DNA of 64,000 bases from Chiloscyllium plagiosum (lineage: Eukaryota), in contig NC_057726.1 of the NCBI RefSeq assembly GCF_004010195.1, positions 70,661,211-70,725,210 of the forward strand, given 5' to 3'. A program made the position numbers and the translations under genes. The first letter of the stretch is position 1. Each line of letters begins with the position of its first letter. Shown here piece by piece: positions 12,895 to 27,539 of this stretch. The notes beneath the pieces are model-generated. The model worked only from the letters and a program-made list of their open reading frames with translations. It was not told the origin of the DNA and searched no databases.

Positions 12895-13360
12895 CATAGA
12901 ACATAGAACAATACAGCACAATACAGGCGCTTCAGCCCTTGATATTCTGCAATCTTTATCCTACTCTAAGATCAAACTAACCTACACAACCCTTATTTTA
13001 ATCTCATCCAGGTACGTATCCAAGAGTCACTTAAATGTCCCTAATGTATCTGACTCTACTAACGTTGTTCACAGTGCATTCCACCCATCCACTACTCTCT
13101 GTGGAAAGAGCCTCCCTCTGACATCGCCCCGAAACCTTCCTCCAATCACCTGAAAATTAGCCATGTTGCGATAGCCATTTCCGCCCTAGAAAAAGGTATC
13201 TGGCTATCCACTCTATCTATGCCTCTCATCATCTTGTACACCTCTATCAAGTCACCTCTCATCCTTCTTCACTCCAATGAGAAAGGCCTAAGCTCCCTCA
13301 ACCTTTTTTCATAACACATGCTCTCCAGTCCAGGCTGCTTCCTTGTAAATCTCCTCTGAA
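12895..13360 (-). mobile_element. CR1-type LINE 3' fragment
   Basis: The acatagaaca tail and CR1 3' region resemble 30728-31800 and 51105-51550. Confidence 0.7.
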
Positions 13361-13399
13361 TTGAACTGAATAGGTAAACAGCAGCAAAAACAAAAACGA

Positions 13400-14010
13400 A
13401 GGTATAGGCAAATGTAAGAGTTTGTGAGTCCATTCAGTATTCTAACAACAGTAGGGTAAGAACTGTTTTAAAACTGGATGGTGCATGTGTTCAGGCTTCT
13501 GTACATTCTACCCGATGGTAGAGGTTGCAGAAAAACATTGCCTGGGTGGAATGGATCCTTGAGAATGCTGACGACCTTTCCTTGACAGTAGGTCTGGTAG
13601 ATGGATTCTTTAGATGGGAGGTTGGCCTTTGGGATTGTCCGGGCCAAGTTCACCATGCTCTGTAATTGTCTCCGATCTTAAAAGGGACAGTTGCCATTCC
13701 AAGTGGTGATACATCCAGACAGAATGCTCTCGATGGTGCACTTATAATAGTTGGCAAGGGTATTTTCTATCATGCCAAATTTCCTCAGCTGCCTGAGGAA
13801 GAAGAGAGTTGTTGGGCCTTTGTTGTTGATGACCACTCCCTGGAGCTTGACACTCTCCACTTGTTTCACCTCTATGCTGTTAATGTTTAGGGGGACATGA
13901 GTAACATCCTGCCGAAAGTCAATAATGAGTTACTTGGTTTTGCCAGTATTGAGAGCTAGGTTGTTCTCAGTGCACCATTTTCCAGGTCTTCCACAACCCA
14001 TCTGTAGTCT
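13400..14010 (-). mobile_element. Rex1/Babar-like LINE 3' fragment
   Basis: Translations FFLRQLRKFG..TLANYYKCTIESILSGCITTWNGNC and ILKDPFHPG..FLQPLPSGRMYRS are typical of the C-terminus of this LINE group. Confidence 0.7.
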
Positions 14011-14866
14011 GTTTCATGACCACCTGAGATTCGTCTGCACCTTCTCTAAAGATACACATCCTTTGTATAATGGGGTGACCAGAACTGAGTACAATATTCC
14101 AAGTGTGATCTAACCAGGGCTTTACAGAGCTGCAGCGTAACCTTGTGGCTCTTCCAGTTCTCCATTTGTCTGCATTACTCTTTTGGTGATTTTTAAAGCC
14201 AATTTCTATATGGGGTATATGTCAATGTCTCATCATTAAAAGCATGTTTTATTATTCTTCAGGTAAAAATATCGAAACTTGGGGGGAGGGGGGGGGCATG
14301 GGAATCCTCCACACTCAATCCTGATATTCTTTATGACTGCCAAATCATCCAATCCAATTCTCTTCAAACTTCTTGATCAATGATATGCAGAGCTCACAAG
14401 GCTGTGAATTGATTTGCTTCATCTCAACTTTCCTTTCCTTTGAAATATCCCATTTAACTATTGAAATTCAATGTTTACTTTCCTTTCACTATGTAAATTC
14501 AATATTCACATGATACTCTTAAAAGAGAAATAAAATATTCCTGCGTAAACTCAAACATTGATAATTCTTGTTAATTAGTTGTTTTACAATTGGGTATTTC
14601 AGGTTTTCAAAAGTTATAAAAGTACTTTACTAAACTTCTTTGGACATGTCACTTCTCAAAATACTACAAGTTCACAATCACATATTCCCTTCAGAACTTG
14701 TCAGCTTCCCATAACTCATAATGTGTGTATTCTTTCTTTTTACTGACAGAACATTTAATGCTGAACGAACTCTGACTGATACATTACCTTCAGCTCACAC
14801 TTCTTTTGTCAATGCTTTTTGGAGTGCAGCTATTTGGCAAAGTTCTTCACAAGGAGTCCTACAAGT

Positions 14867-16490
14867 AATTAGACTCGGTCTGTGACAGGTAATGAGGAAA
14901 CCCACAAGAGGTGAAAACATATTTGATCTCATTCTTACTAATCTGCCAGCTGCAGATACATTTGTCCATAACAGTATCCGTAAAAGGAACCAAAGCACAG
15001 TCTTTGTGGAGACAAGCTGATGCCTTCACATTGAGCATGCCCTCCATTATGTTGTGTGGCATTATTGTGCAAATTGGGATTTACTTCACACAGATCTGGC
15101 TACTTAAGACTGGGTTTCAATGTGGATGCATCAGTATCTGCAACCACATGGACCAGCAAATCCCACACTCACCCATTGCCATCATGACAGGGGATCAACC
15201 CTGGTACAATGAAAAGTGAAGGAGGGCATGTCAGAAGCAGCACCAGGCATATATAAAAATGAGATATCAACCTAGTGAAGCTACTAAACAGGACTGCTTG
15301 CTTGCCAAACAGCAAGTGATAGACCAAGCTAAACAATCCCACAATCTGCGGATCAGATCTAAGCTCAGCAGTTATGACACATCCAGTTGTGAATGGCAAT
15401 GGACAATAAAACAACTCACTGGAGGAGGATGCTCCTCAAATATCCTCATCATCAACGATGAAGACCCCAGTATTTAGTGCAAAAGATACAGCTGATGCAT
15501 TCGTAATAATCTTCAACTAGCAGTCCCAATTATATTGTCCATCTTGGCTCCAGCATCACAGATGCCAGTCTTCAGCGAAATCAATTCACTCCATATGGTA
15601 TCAAGAAGTGAATGGAGGCATTCGATATTGCCAATTCTTTGGGTTTTGACAACACACCAGCAATAGTATCAAAGACATGCGCCCGGACATACAGCTCCAC
15701 AAGCCAAGCTATTCCAGCACAGTTACAGCCCGGGCATCGACATCTAACAATGTTAGAAGTTACCCAGATTATGTACTGGACACATAAAGCAGGACAAATC
15801 CACCCCAATCTCTTACTGCCTCGTCCATCAATTTGCAAATATCAGGAAAGTGACGGAAGGCGTTATCAACAATGCTATCAAACATCACACACTCAGCAAT
15901 AACCTGCTCACACACACAGTTTGGGTTCCACCATGACCGTTCAGCTCCTGACCTCATTACCGTGTTATTTCAAACCTGGAAAAAAGAGCTGCCTTCGAGA
16001 AGTGAGGGTGACATTCCTCGATACCAATGCCACATTCGATTCAGTGTGGTATCAAGGAGCTTCAGCAAAATTGGAATCAGTGGGTATCAAAGGAAAATCT
16101 CTCCACTGGTTGGAGTCACACCTGGCACATAGGCAAATGTTTGTGGTTTTTAGTCAGTCATAATATCTCTGGAGCATCTTAGCAGGAGTTCCTTAGGTAG
16201 TGCCCTACACTGAACCAACCTCAGCTAACTCGTCAACAACCTTTCTTCTATCATCAGGTCAGAAGTGGAGATGTTCGCTGATGTCTGCACAATGTTCAGC
16301 AACATTTGCAACTCATCAAATAGCACAAACAGCAAGTGATAGAGCTAAATAATCCCACTACCAACACATCAGATCAAAACTCTGCTGTCCTAACACATTC
16401 GGTTGTGAATGGCAATGGACTAAAAAACAACTCACTGGAGAAAGATGCTGCAAAAATATACCCATCCTCAATGATGGAAGAGCCCAGCAT
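14867..16490 (+). mobile_element. Decayed LINE (CR1/L2 group) reverse transcriptase region
   Basis: Remnants QFGF..DRSAPDLIT, LD..ATFDSVW, GVP, MFAD. Same family as 48420-50830. Confidence 0.75.
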
Positions 16491-16494
16491 ATTC

Positions 16495-16830
16495 GTGCTC
16501 AGTGGTTAGCTCTGCTGCCTCAGAGCACCAGGGACCCGGATTCAATTCCAGCCTCAGGGAACTGTCTGTGTGGAATTTGCACATTCTCCCCTCCTTTGCA
16601 TGGATTTCCTCCAGGTGCACTGGCTTCCTCCTACAGTCCAAGGATGTGCAGTTTAGGTGAATTGGACATGCTAAGTTGTCCATAGCATTCATGGACGTTG
16701 AGGCTTAGTCGCATTAGTCAGGGTTAACATAGAGTAATAGGTGTAGGAGAATGGGTCTGGCTGGGATACTCTTCAAAGTGTCAGGGTGGACTTGTTAGGC
16801 CAAATGACTTGTTTCCACACTGTCCATAAT
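16495..16830 (+). mobile_element. HE1-like SINE
   Basis: gctcagtggttagc A-box, ggattcaattcc B-box, core and ttccacactg tail. Confidence 0.75.
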
Positions 16831-19254
16831 TCCATGATTCACGATAAATACTGAAGTAGTCCATTTTCAAGTGCAAACAAAATCCAGGAGAAAGGACTGC
16901 AGATGCTGGTGATCAGAGTCGAGAGTGTGGTGCTGGGAAGCACAGCAGGTCAGGTAAGTAGCCAAGTATTAGGAGAATCAATGTTTTGGGCATAAACCAT
17001 TCCTGATCTCTCTCAACTGCAACTCTCAACTGCAACCAGGTCTAGAAAATATCCAGGTCAATGATTACGCAGAAGGTTGGTGTGCAATATGTGTTTCATG
17101 TTGTTAGGAAGCATTGCTCTTCTGAGCGGGGTACTGAAGGTGCAGGTAAATGAACATAAGGTTAGGATCAGGCAGCAAGCTGTTAAGGCGAAGGATTTGG
17201 AGGCTGATGGAGCGATATATTTGGGAGGGCTGCCATTGGAATTCAGAGAATTCAGTTTAATTCCAGTCGCAGTGGAGACCTGGTGACTAACAGTCAAAGA
17301 GAGAAGGCAGAGAGATGGTTATGTGGATCATTTTAATGTGAATTTTTGCATAGTTGGAACATTGGTGACAGGGAGAGTTTCAGTGGTTTGGAATCATCTG
17401 GGAAACCAGGATGGAGTGTTCATGTGAGTTGAGTGAGTCTGGGTTCAGTGGCTGGTGTGGGAGCGGGGATTGACAAGAAGGGGATTGGAAGCAAAGGCTA
17501 TGTCATTCCTGTCGTCAGTCAGCAGAGAGTGTCTGAAGGAATTTCAAACCTGGCAAGGATTTCAGGTCATGGAGGTTTGAAGCTGGAATTTGGGATTCAG
17601 GGCAGAGGTCTGGATGTGAGCTGTTGGGAGGATTGTGTGGGTGGGATCAGCAGAGATTCAAGCTAGTAGTTGAGTTGTTGATATTGAAGCAGGCAACAAT
17701 CAGAGAAAGAGTTTGGTTGTGGAATCAGGGAATAAGGGGATGATAGGGCATGAACCTATGATGGTTCTCAGGATTGCGAGGAGAGTTGGATGATATCTTA
17801 GTGTGAGTAAATGCTATTCTGGGAGGTGAGAATGCTGGGGGCAACTGGGTAATAAGGGTCTTCAGGAAAAGACAGTATCTGAACTCTGAAGATTTGTCGG
17901 GTCCAGCGTGAGCATCCAAAGACTTTGAGATGGGAGGTAGTGCTCAACTTGCAATTGAAGGGATACGTTTTTGACTTGTAAGGTGTTGGTTTGGGCAATT
18001 GCTGTTCTATATGAATGGACTGTAGAATCTGTAGTTTGGGGTGGGGACTCTGTAATGTGTTAGTGCTTGTATTCTCATTAACTATCTTTTTTGGCCGGTT
18101 TGAATTCATCCTTTCTCATGGTAAATTCAAAAGGATTTTGATCCAGCAACAGTGAAGGAATGCAATATATTTCCAAGTCAGGATGGTGATCCTTCCTCAG
18201 AACTGATGGTAGCTAGGAAAGTGTTGGTTTATATACAGAAGATAGAATTGGGGGAGGGAGTAAGGAGTAAATAATAGGTAGTGACAGAGCCCAAAGAGAG
18301 AGAAGAGCAGTTGGACAGACAAAGGATTCGATAATGATCTGTCTGGGAGAGTGAATAGCTGTTATTGGAGACTGTTTGTGGCTTACATAGGTAGTGTGTA
18401 ATGGCAGACTACAGGTTGTTTTACTATAATGATACAGTTGAGTTCCTCTGCAACATGGCCTGACAGAAAATCACGCTGTAGAAGATTGCTGATAGGAAAT
18501 TGCTATATCCATCCAGAAAGTTTGCATTGTCCAAAGAACATCCGTAACGTAATGACCAGGTAATAGCCAATTCACACTGATGAAATCCGTGTTTTGGCAG
18601 AATGACCTGTATGTGATAACAAGGCCTGGTGTGTGTGGGAGGGGATTAATACATGCTTATGGTGATGGAAGGTCAACCATATTATTCCCAAAACATTTCC
18701 ACAGAAAATCCACAAAGCCATGGGCCCAACCACCTTCATCTGATGCTTCCATCTTCAGGTCAAAAATTATGGCTCGATGATAATATTCAAAACTATTTGC
18801 AATTCTTCAGCTACTGAAGGAGCCAGTGCTTTCCGCACAGAATTGGATGATATTCGGGTCTCTACCGATAAATAGAAATTATTGTGACATTCACAAGGAA
18901 CACAAATGTCAGACAATTACAGTCTGCAACAAGAGTTTATCTAATCATGACCACTTGACATTGAGTGGTATTACCATCACTGAATCACATCCTATCAACA
19001 ATCCAGAGGTTGCTGATAACCAGACACTGAAATGGAGCAGGCAGCTGAATAGTGACTACAAGGGCAGGTCAACAACTAGGTGTTCTTTGGCAAATTATGC
19101 CGTTTTGGATCCTTAAAACCCGACAACTATCTATGCTACACAAGAAAAAAGTCTGATGAAATACTCTTCACATTCTAAAAGAGAACAATGCTCCAGGAGC
19201 TTGATTCCATAAAACACAAAGTAGTCATCTTGAAGAAAGCCTCATTCATAGTAT

Positions 19255-19613
19255 TAGAAAATCTCTACAGTATGGAAACAGGCCATTTGGCGCAACAAGT
19301 CCACAGCAACCGTCTGAAGAATATCCCACCCAGACCCATTCCCCTATCCTATTGCTCTACAATTCCCCTGACGAATGCACCTAACCTACATATCCCAGAA
19401 CACAACGGGCAAAATAGCATAGTCAATACGCCTAAGCTGCACATCCCTGGAGTGTGCGAGGAAACCACAGCGTCCAGAGGAAACCCATGCAGAAACAGGG
19501 AGAATGTGCAAATTCCCAAATTCCTACACAGAGAGTCGCCCGAGGCTGGAATCTAAAATGGTTCCGTGGCATTGTGAGGCAGTAGTACTAACCACTGAGC
19601 CATCATGCCACCC
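19255..19613 (-). mobile_element. HE1-like SINE
   Basis: Family motifs on the minus strand. Confidence 0.75.
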
Positions 19614-20309
19614 TAAAGTCATACACTTCTTCAATCGTTGAAGCATAGCATTTTCATTGTGGACTAACTAGAAGATTCACTGCAACAAGTCTCCACATTT
19701 CCTATGACAGACCCTTGCAAACTCTCAATCTCTATGATCTGGAAGGACAAAGGCAGTGGGCTCATGGGAACGGCATTATGTGCAAATTCCACTCGTTGCA
19801 TATTACATCTTACCTTTGAACTCTATCGTCGTTACTTCAGTGTTGCTGGGTAAGTCTTGAAACAAAATCCTGGAACTCTCTCCCTAACAACACACTGAGT
19901 GCACATCCAAAAGATTGGTTGCTTAAATTCTAGAAGTGACTCATGTTATCCAAGGATAGAAAATCAATTTTGTTTAACTCGTGATACCCACAAAGAGCGA
20001 TCATGCATTTCTTTTTTATTCCAGAGGTTTAGACATTCCTGACAATGAAACTCAATCTTTGTGGAATTCCAAATGACTCTCATCAAACACAGTAGCCACA
20101 TTACATTACTCTGTCATATTATTAATTAAGACCAAACTCAATATTGTCAAAGAGGAGCCAACTTTATCAGATGAACTGTGTCCAGCTGAGAGCATAGGAA
20201 AGATGTAAATGCATTGGAGACAGTGTAGCTGTGATTTACATGAATGAGAAGCTTCACAAATTGAAGATGTTGGGATTATTGAAAGGAAAAAAATATTTGA
20301 AGTCATATC

Positions 20310-20482
20310 AGGTCAGGCAGCATCCATGGAGAGAAAGCAAGCTCATGCTTTGAGTTTAGATAAAGAGTCATCTTGTCTCAAAACGTGAGCTTGCCCTTTC
20401 TCCACGGATGCTGTCTGACCTGCGGTGATTTCCAGCACTTTTTGTTTTCAGTACAGATTCCAGCATTTGCAGTAATTTGCTC
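20310..20482. mobile_element. Short inverted-repeat element, probably Penelope-terminus derived, inserted in a CR1 fragment
   Basis: aggtcaggcagcatccatggaga ... tctccacggatgctgtctgacct imperfect palindrome. Confidence 0.55.
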
Positions 20483-21132
20483 TGATGTTGGGATTATTCT
20501 CTGACAGAAGAAGACTAAGAGGAAATTTGATAGAGGCTTTCAAAGTTCTGAGTGGTTTGAATACAGTGGAAGCTGTTTCCAAGCAAAATATAATAAAAAA
20601 AACTAGAGGGCATCGATTTAATGTGATGTGCAAATGAAGTGATGTGTGAAACACTTTTCACACGGTGAGGTGTTACCATACGGAATTCACATCCCAGAGA
20701 TCTGGTGGAATCAGGTGCAAACGAAGCACATAAAAGGGCATTGGATGATTAATTGGATTGAAATAGTATGCAGGGATGTTGAAAGAAGGAGCAGATTGGC
20801 CCCAGGCAGAAGAAGTGGTGCAGGCATGATAGATCAAATAGCTACCACTGCAAAATAATAATTCTGTGATTTATAGCATATTTTCCTAATTAATTCACCT
20901 TTGTCCAATTGATTCATAATTTTGACACAGGTTTTGTTCTCCAAAATATTCCTCATCACAGAACCTAAACTAACTGGATTGTATTTTCTGTGGTAATTTT
21001 TTTTTAACAGAAATATAATTTGGATATTATAATTTAGGAGACTATCTCCTGCATCATTATTTATAGCTAAGTAGGTTTAGAAGTTGATTGCTAATGCCTT
21101 CGAAATTTATCCTGTTGTGCTTTTGTGGATCT

Positions 21133-21435
21133 GGGTGGCACAGTGTTAGCACTGCTATCTCACAGTGATGGTGACCCACGTTCAATTCCCGCATTGTGTG
21201 ACTGTCAGTGTAGTTTCCATGTTATCTCTGTGTCTATGTGGGTTTCCTCTGGGTGGTCTGGTTACTTCCCACAATCCAAAGATGCGTGAGTTAGACATGC
21301 CAAATTGTCCATATGTCCAGGTACATTCAGGCTAGGTGGATGAGCCACAGTAAATGTGGGGGGAGCTGGGTCTGGGGAGGATGACCTTTAGAGGATCAGT
21401 ATGGGCTTAATGACACTGTAGGCATTCTATGATTC
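21133..21435 (+). mobile_element. Old HE1-like SINE
   Basis: Degenerate A and B boxes and core. Confidence 0.7.
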
Positions 21436-22204
21436 TTTTGGTGACCTCAGATGCATTCCATGCAATCACAGTGACTTGTCAAATTTAAATGTCATCAGAC
21501 ATTTTGATTGCACTTTTTCTTAACATTTTAAATTTTCCTGATGGTTCAATTAACACCGATATAATTTTGAAAGTATGTCATTCCATATTAAAGTTTGAAA
21601 TATCATTATAATTTGCAAAATCACCTATATCCTCTTCCTCAGTGCAGAAAACCCGATTTTGATCTCTGATCTACCTCACCTAAACTTTTACATTTTATTT
21701 GGTTCTTTGTATACATATGGTAAACCTATGAATTTTACGTTAACAGTGATTCTATCCTCTTAATTTATATGTTTATGCATCATGTCTGTGCTGTCAATTG
21801 CTCTGAACTTTCTACAATGTATGTGGATTGTATTATTAACTTGCTAACCCTTTGCGTCTTCTTACTCTAACTCTATTTCTTTCATCAACAAGGGAACTCT
21901 GAACCACATTTTTTGCTTGGGTTCTCAGTCGGACTAAGTTCTCATGTCAATCATTTAATTGAATAGTCTCAGGAGCAAGTATATCCTAGCACAGATGAGG
22001 AGATCAAAAATTTGCACATTATTCCAATTGAGGACTGAAGGATTCAAATGCAATTCTATCAATAATCCATTAGTTTCATGCCACTTAATCCCTCTTTATA
22101 AATTCACTTGCATGCTTAGTTTTGTTCATTCCTGTGCACGGAACAACAAATTCTTTGCAAATGTTTACCACATGCTCACCCTCAAACAATAGCCTGCTTT
22201 TTGT

Positions 22205-22475
22205 ATTACAGAATCATAGAATCCCTACAGAGTGCAAGAAGCCATTTCCCATGACTAATCCACCCTGCCTCTACATTCCCTGGCACTATAGGCAATATGG
22301 AATGGCCAATCCACCGAACCTGCACATCATTGAACTGGGCGAGGAAACTGGTGCACTCAGAGAAAACACATGCAGATACGGGGAGAATGTGCAAATTCCA
22401 GACAGACAGTCGTCACCTGAGCCTGGAATCAAACACAAGGCAGCAGTAATAACAACTGGGCCACTGTGCCACCCC
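22205..22475 (-). mobile_element. Old HE1-like SINE
   Basis: Degenerate family motifs. Confidence 0.65.
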
Positions 22476-25400
22476 AGTTGTGTCTAAAATAATTTATAAT
22501 CTCACGCTTGTCACAATATACAATTTGCCAACACTTCAGCAAAAATGGTTGATGAGGTCTGGTGTCCTATTTGCAGCCTTAAATGCACTTTGCTTCCTAA
22601 ATTTTCATGGTGAGCAAATGTTGATACATTAGTCTGGGCCCCATTTTTAGCTGACATAAAATTGCAGTAGCTGAAATCCAAACTTGAAACGTTGCTTTAC
22701 CCCACCAGTTAGTCTCTACAAAGCCAAACATGACCCTTTTTAAAAGATCGGCTTTCTGCTTGTTCCCACCAGTTAATCTTACACCCTTAGAGATTGAATG
22801 AATGTCAAGGTGCCTTCTGATCTTATGTGTGACACAGGAAGAAACACTTTTAACTCTGCAAAACATGAAAAAATAAGATATCTGAAACTGAAAAACTATG
22901 ATCAAATTTTGATCAAAAACAACAAACTTCTGCTGTTGATTTAGCAATAACTACCCCATACTCACTTGAGTACGATTTCTTCATCACAAACTCCTTTGTG
23001 GACCCTATGGTTTAGCTGTTTAAAAGCCAAATATATGTATGATTCCCTCAGTTTTCCCTAATCTATATTTTTATTTACACATGGGAAAATCAGCATAGTT
23101 TCATATGAACAATGGAATCAGAAGCAATGTTAGGTCAGTCAGTCTCTCTAGCCTGTTCTGCTATTCCGAAGATTTAATAAAATAACTGGTACGAGATCAG
23201 TCCACTCTCGGAGAGCAAATCAAAACATTGTACAAACAATATCATAGTGAATCTGCTGTAACCTCAAATCCACATTCAAACAGTATCCCTGATAATCTTT
23301 TACCTCTTGCTCCGCCCGAATCTCTCAATTTGGGATTTTAAAATATTCAAGAACCTTGAATCCATTAACTTTTGAGGAAGAGTGTTGCAAAGACTCATAC
23401 ATCTCTGAGAGGGACAATTAACCAACAGAAACTTTGTGAGCACTGTTGAAGCAAAGCCCATCATTTCTAGGTCAAAATGCAGTGACTGGAGAATGGGAAT
23501 GAAAATAATGGCATTCCCCCATGTTCCTAGTATAAAGTGAAATTATAAATATCTGACTGCATTCAACCACAGAGAAAAAAAAGTCAAAATAATATGCTGA
23601 ATTTATTGCAAATATAAAGAAAATAAAGAGATCCTTGACAGTTGGAAATAATTGAATTGCATTTTTTCGTGGTAACAGTTGTGTTAATTTTCAAGTTGAA
23701 ATGGAATGGATCCAAGCGACAGTATCTGAGGGAAGAAATTCATCCACAGTTTTGCAAAATTATGGCAGAGTTATGTGGGAAAAATAACAGCTTAAAATTG
23801 ATAGAGAAACATAAACACCTCCATGATACAATCTGTTTTTCTATCTGCTAAGCGTACTTTTATTTGCCCAGCTTAAAGGCTGCTTTACATCGCTGCACAC
23901 ACTGGACTTTTTTTTCTTGGTGTTTAGGTTTCGATGATGCACCAGAGCCATTGAAGGTAAGATAGCCTGCTTTATGTCATGCTCTGTTTTGTCTGAAAAA
24001 CAGCATTGAGACTGATTTACCATTCATTTAAATCATTCTAGATGAAAATTACACAAAGCAATTACTGACAACATCTTGAAATCAACTCATTCTAATGAAT
24101 TATCTCATTATTTACACATATGAGTTGAAATGTATCTCTGTATATAATGTGATATTTTTTTCCTGTTGTTTAGGCATGATGCCATTCTCAGAACTTACTA
24201 GGTTAAGAGTAGAGTATCTGAGCTTATCCTCAGGAATCTCTTGTTTTGTCTAGAAAGTCAAGATTAACATTCAGAGGTTATTTTGTTTTGGAGTCAGTGA
24301 CAAGCATGCATTCTTAATGTAGGCAATTTGTTTGTTGTAGTGACTTTGCTAACATTGCATTTACAATCATAATACTTTACAGTTTCTCACTCTGAACTAT
24401 TTGTTGCTATGAACATCACACCTAATCACAATAAGCAAACATTATTGTTTCAATATTATTAATACTAATATAGCTTTAATTCAAACTTTCCTGGGAAATG
24501 CTGCAATTATGCAGTCTTCTGAAGAAAAGGTTTCATGCGTCAGTTCAATTTAATTAGATTTTTGAATTCTGATAAGTGACTTTCTGTTTTATTACATTCT
24601 GCTACAGATTGAGTATGCAGTACAGTTCATGAAATGAGGCAAAGATAAATATGTTTGTGTTTGCTTAACAACTATAAAAAAGAATCACAGGTCACGCTGC
24701 TGTAACGTAAAATTACAAGGAGCAAATACTTGAAATGAGTTAGTAAAGTTTCATTCGGAGGGTATATGGTGCAGGATTTAATTGAAAATTCCCTCACATT
24801 AAATTAGTTAAATCAGTAAGTCAGTTAGAGAAAAGGACCAACTGTACTTACCACTGTTAATAGAAAGATAATTTCAGAATCACCCTAATCCTTTATGAAT
24901 AAAGGAAGGTTTTTTTTTCTATTTCAGTCGGCCATCTAAATAAAGGCATTGAAGTCTTAAGTGAAGACGAAATTGCAATGTATTTTCAAAGATTTTGCAA
25001 GGTATTCTTGATGCCAGATAGCATGTTTTAAAGTAAATTATTGATGTTTTAATTTAAAATATGGGCCATCTATTTCGGGAGGTATATGTTCAGCTTGGTG
25101 ACAATGCAGAATTCTAACAAGTACAGTGTGCTTTTGACTAAAATGTAAACTACAATATGTCAGTGCTCTAAAATGTGCTTTTTGGGCTTCTGTGAGGTAT
25201 TTCTCAATCATAGATATTCTTGTCTTCTCTTTTGATCATGATAACCTGCTCATGAAACATTGTATCTGGCTATGAGAGAATTTTATTCTGTTACCTATAA
25301 CACTGCAGCGTCAAAATCTCACAGAAAGATATGCAGAACTGGAGTAAAGACTTTGCCCAGTTTTCCGAAGACCTCCGAGAAATCTTTGCTTCACCTTCAT

Positions 25401-25771
25401 TACAGAAGTGGGTCTATTCTGCATGACAACTATTTTTAATGGTAACTGCTTAGTTTAAGATTCCTGTAGCAAACCAGCTTCTTGATTTACTGCAATCCAG
25501 GTAATTTAGATACATTGTTGTCAGGGAGAGAGTTCCAGGTACCACATACGATGAAAGGGTTCTTTCTGCTGTATTAAACTCAAAGCTATAGAATTGAAAA
25601 AAAATTAAAAAGCAAATTCAGATCCACAACTGAAATGAAGCCGTTGAATTCATACTTTAAAATGCATTTAAAGGGAATAAATCTGCTTGTCTGCACTGCA
25701 CTCAATTGCAGTCAAGAATAAATGTCTATAATTGTATGGTGCACTCTGCAGTTCACAACAAAGACTTCAAG

Positions 25772-25952
25772 GCGAAAGTGAGGACTGCAGATGCGGGAGA
25801 TTAGAGCCAAGAGTCTGCTGGTGGAAAAGCACAGTAGGTCAGGCAGCATCCGAGTAACAGGAGGGTCGACATTTCGGGTGGAAGTCCTTCATCAGGAATG
25901 AGGCCAATTTGAATAAGGCCTGACCTGCTGTGTATTTCCAGCATCACACACT
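25772..25952 (-). mobile_element. Short hammerhead-motif element with 16-bp TSD (mirrored at ~39785-39966)
   Basis: TSD caacaaagacttcaag at 25756-25771 and 25953-25968. The minus strand reads CTGATGA..GAAATGTC, with a partial inverted terminal copy. Confidence 0.7.
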
Positions 25953-26734
25953 CAACAAAGACTTCAAGTTTTACCAAGCTGATCTAATTGTTCTTGAATA
26001 AGTCACACCTGCTCCTTTTCAGTTGTCAGACTGGGAGCTTCGTCTCACATGTCACTAAATATCCACATTTGAAAATTAAAACTGAGGGAGGTTTGCATCA
26101 CAATGGCTCATTTGCATGTTTTATCAAGATTGCAGCACGTTGCACGAGCAGAGAGGCAGCCTGCATTAAAAGTTGTCTGAGGAAGCCAAGTTGGGCAAGC
26201 TGTCTGCCTAATACATTGGGATCTTTGCCAGAGTCACGCAATACAAGTCAGTCATTATGACCAAACTCAGACTAATGGATGAGTAAATTTTCAACAGTGT
26301 AGTAAGAAAGGAGAGAGCAATCATGTCTATTTGCAGCTTGAAACCTACCATTGAGAATAATCATCACTCCAGTGTAACATTATGTCTATAATCAATGCAG
26401 CAAAATTATTCAGCACACTGTCACTTGTTAAGTACAAATGAAAAGATAAGTCAAAGCTATTAGTCAGCTTCAAAACTACGACTGATAGTTGACAATACCA
26501 GCATAAGTTAACCAATACAACTTAAATATTTATAAATATGTTTGAAGATTTAAAATAGTTGCGATAGCTTGTGAAACTTCCTACCATTTTCTATTTTCTT
26601 TATTTTGTTTTTATTCAGCTGCCATTGTGCTACTGAGAACTGATGGTATCTTCAAGACTTATCCACATGTTAGAATGTTAGAAATATATATGTGTGTGTA
26701 TGGGGTTCCCAGTTTCAATTGTTCAACTAGACTC

Positions 26735-27034
26735 GAACATTAAAATAGAATAAAGGAAATTTGCCTCACACCGAATCTTCACGCTGAGTTGGATTGAATG
26801 ATTTTTTTCTCTCTTCCTCTTGAAAAATTAAAATTATGTAAATCAACAATAAAAAAAGGTGATACTTGGACACGTCAGCACACCAAAGAAATCAAAAGCA
26901 AATCGAAGAACATTAAAATAGAATAAAGGAAATTTGCCTCACACCGAATCTTCACGCTGAGTTGGATTGAATGATTTTTTTCTCTCTTCCTCTTGGACAC
27001 GTCAGCACACCAAAGAAATCAAAAGCAAATCGAA
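26735..27034 (+). repeat. Left-arm-specific tandem duplication
   Basis: 26735-26907 is repeated at 26908-27034 with an internal deletion. The right arm has a single copy (~38880-39053). Confidence 0.9.
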
Positions 27035-27110
27035 TACTATTTGCTAATTGTAAACAGGGTGCAATAGGAAACAATAATTTCGCAATACTGGTCTAAATGC
27101 TACACACAGG

Positions 27111-27404
27111 TTAGATTACTTACAGTGTGGAAACAGTCCCTTCGGCCCAAAAAGTCCACACCAACCCTCCGAAGAGCAACCGACCCAGACCCATTCCCCT
27201 ACATTCACCCCATTCACCGAACACTACAAGCAATTTAGCATGGCCATTTCAACTGACCTCCACACATTTTTTTGGACGGTGGGAGGAAACCCACGCATAC
27301 ACGGCCAGAACATGCAAACTCCACACAGACAACTGCCTGAGGCGGGAATTGAATACGGGTCTGCACCACTGTAAGGCAGCAGAGCTAACCACTGTACCAC
27401 CGTG
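27111..27404 (-). mobile_element. HE1-like SINE (mirrored at 38510-38803)
   Basis: Family motifs; present in both arms, so it predates the duplication. Confidence 0.8.
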
Positions 27405-27539
27405 ATGCTTTGCATTTATGTCTTGAACGTTCAAGCTATGGAAACTTCTTTCAGCATTGAATTTCTCTATCACAATTTAGATCTACACTGATACAACATA
27501 ACAAAGTGAAACTTCAACTCTTCTTGTTGTATATTTGAT

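Noticed and set aside
17075-18640. Purine-rich, probably retroelement-derived region
   Set aside because: It is likely a decayed repeat, but I could not identify diagnostic motifs to classify it.
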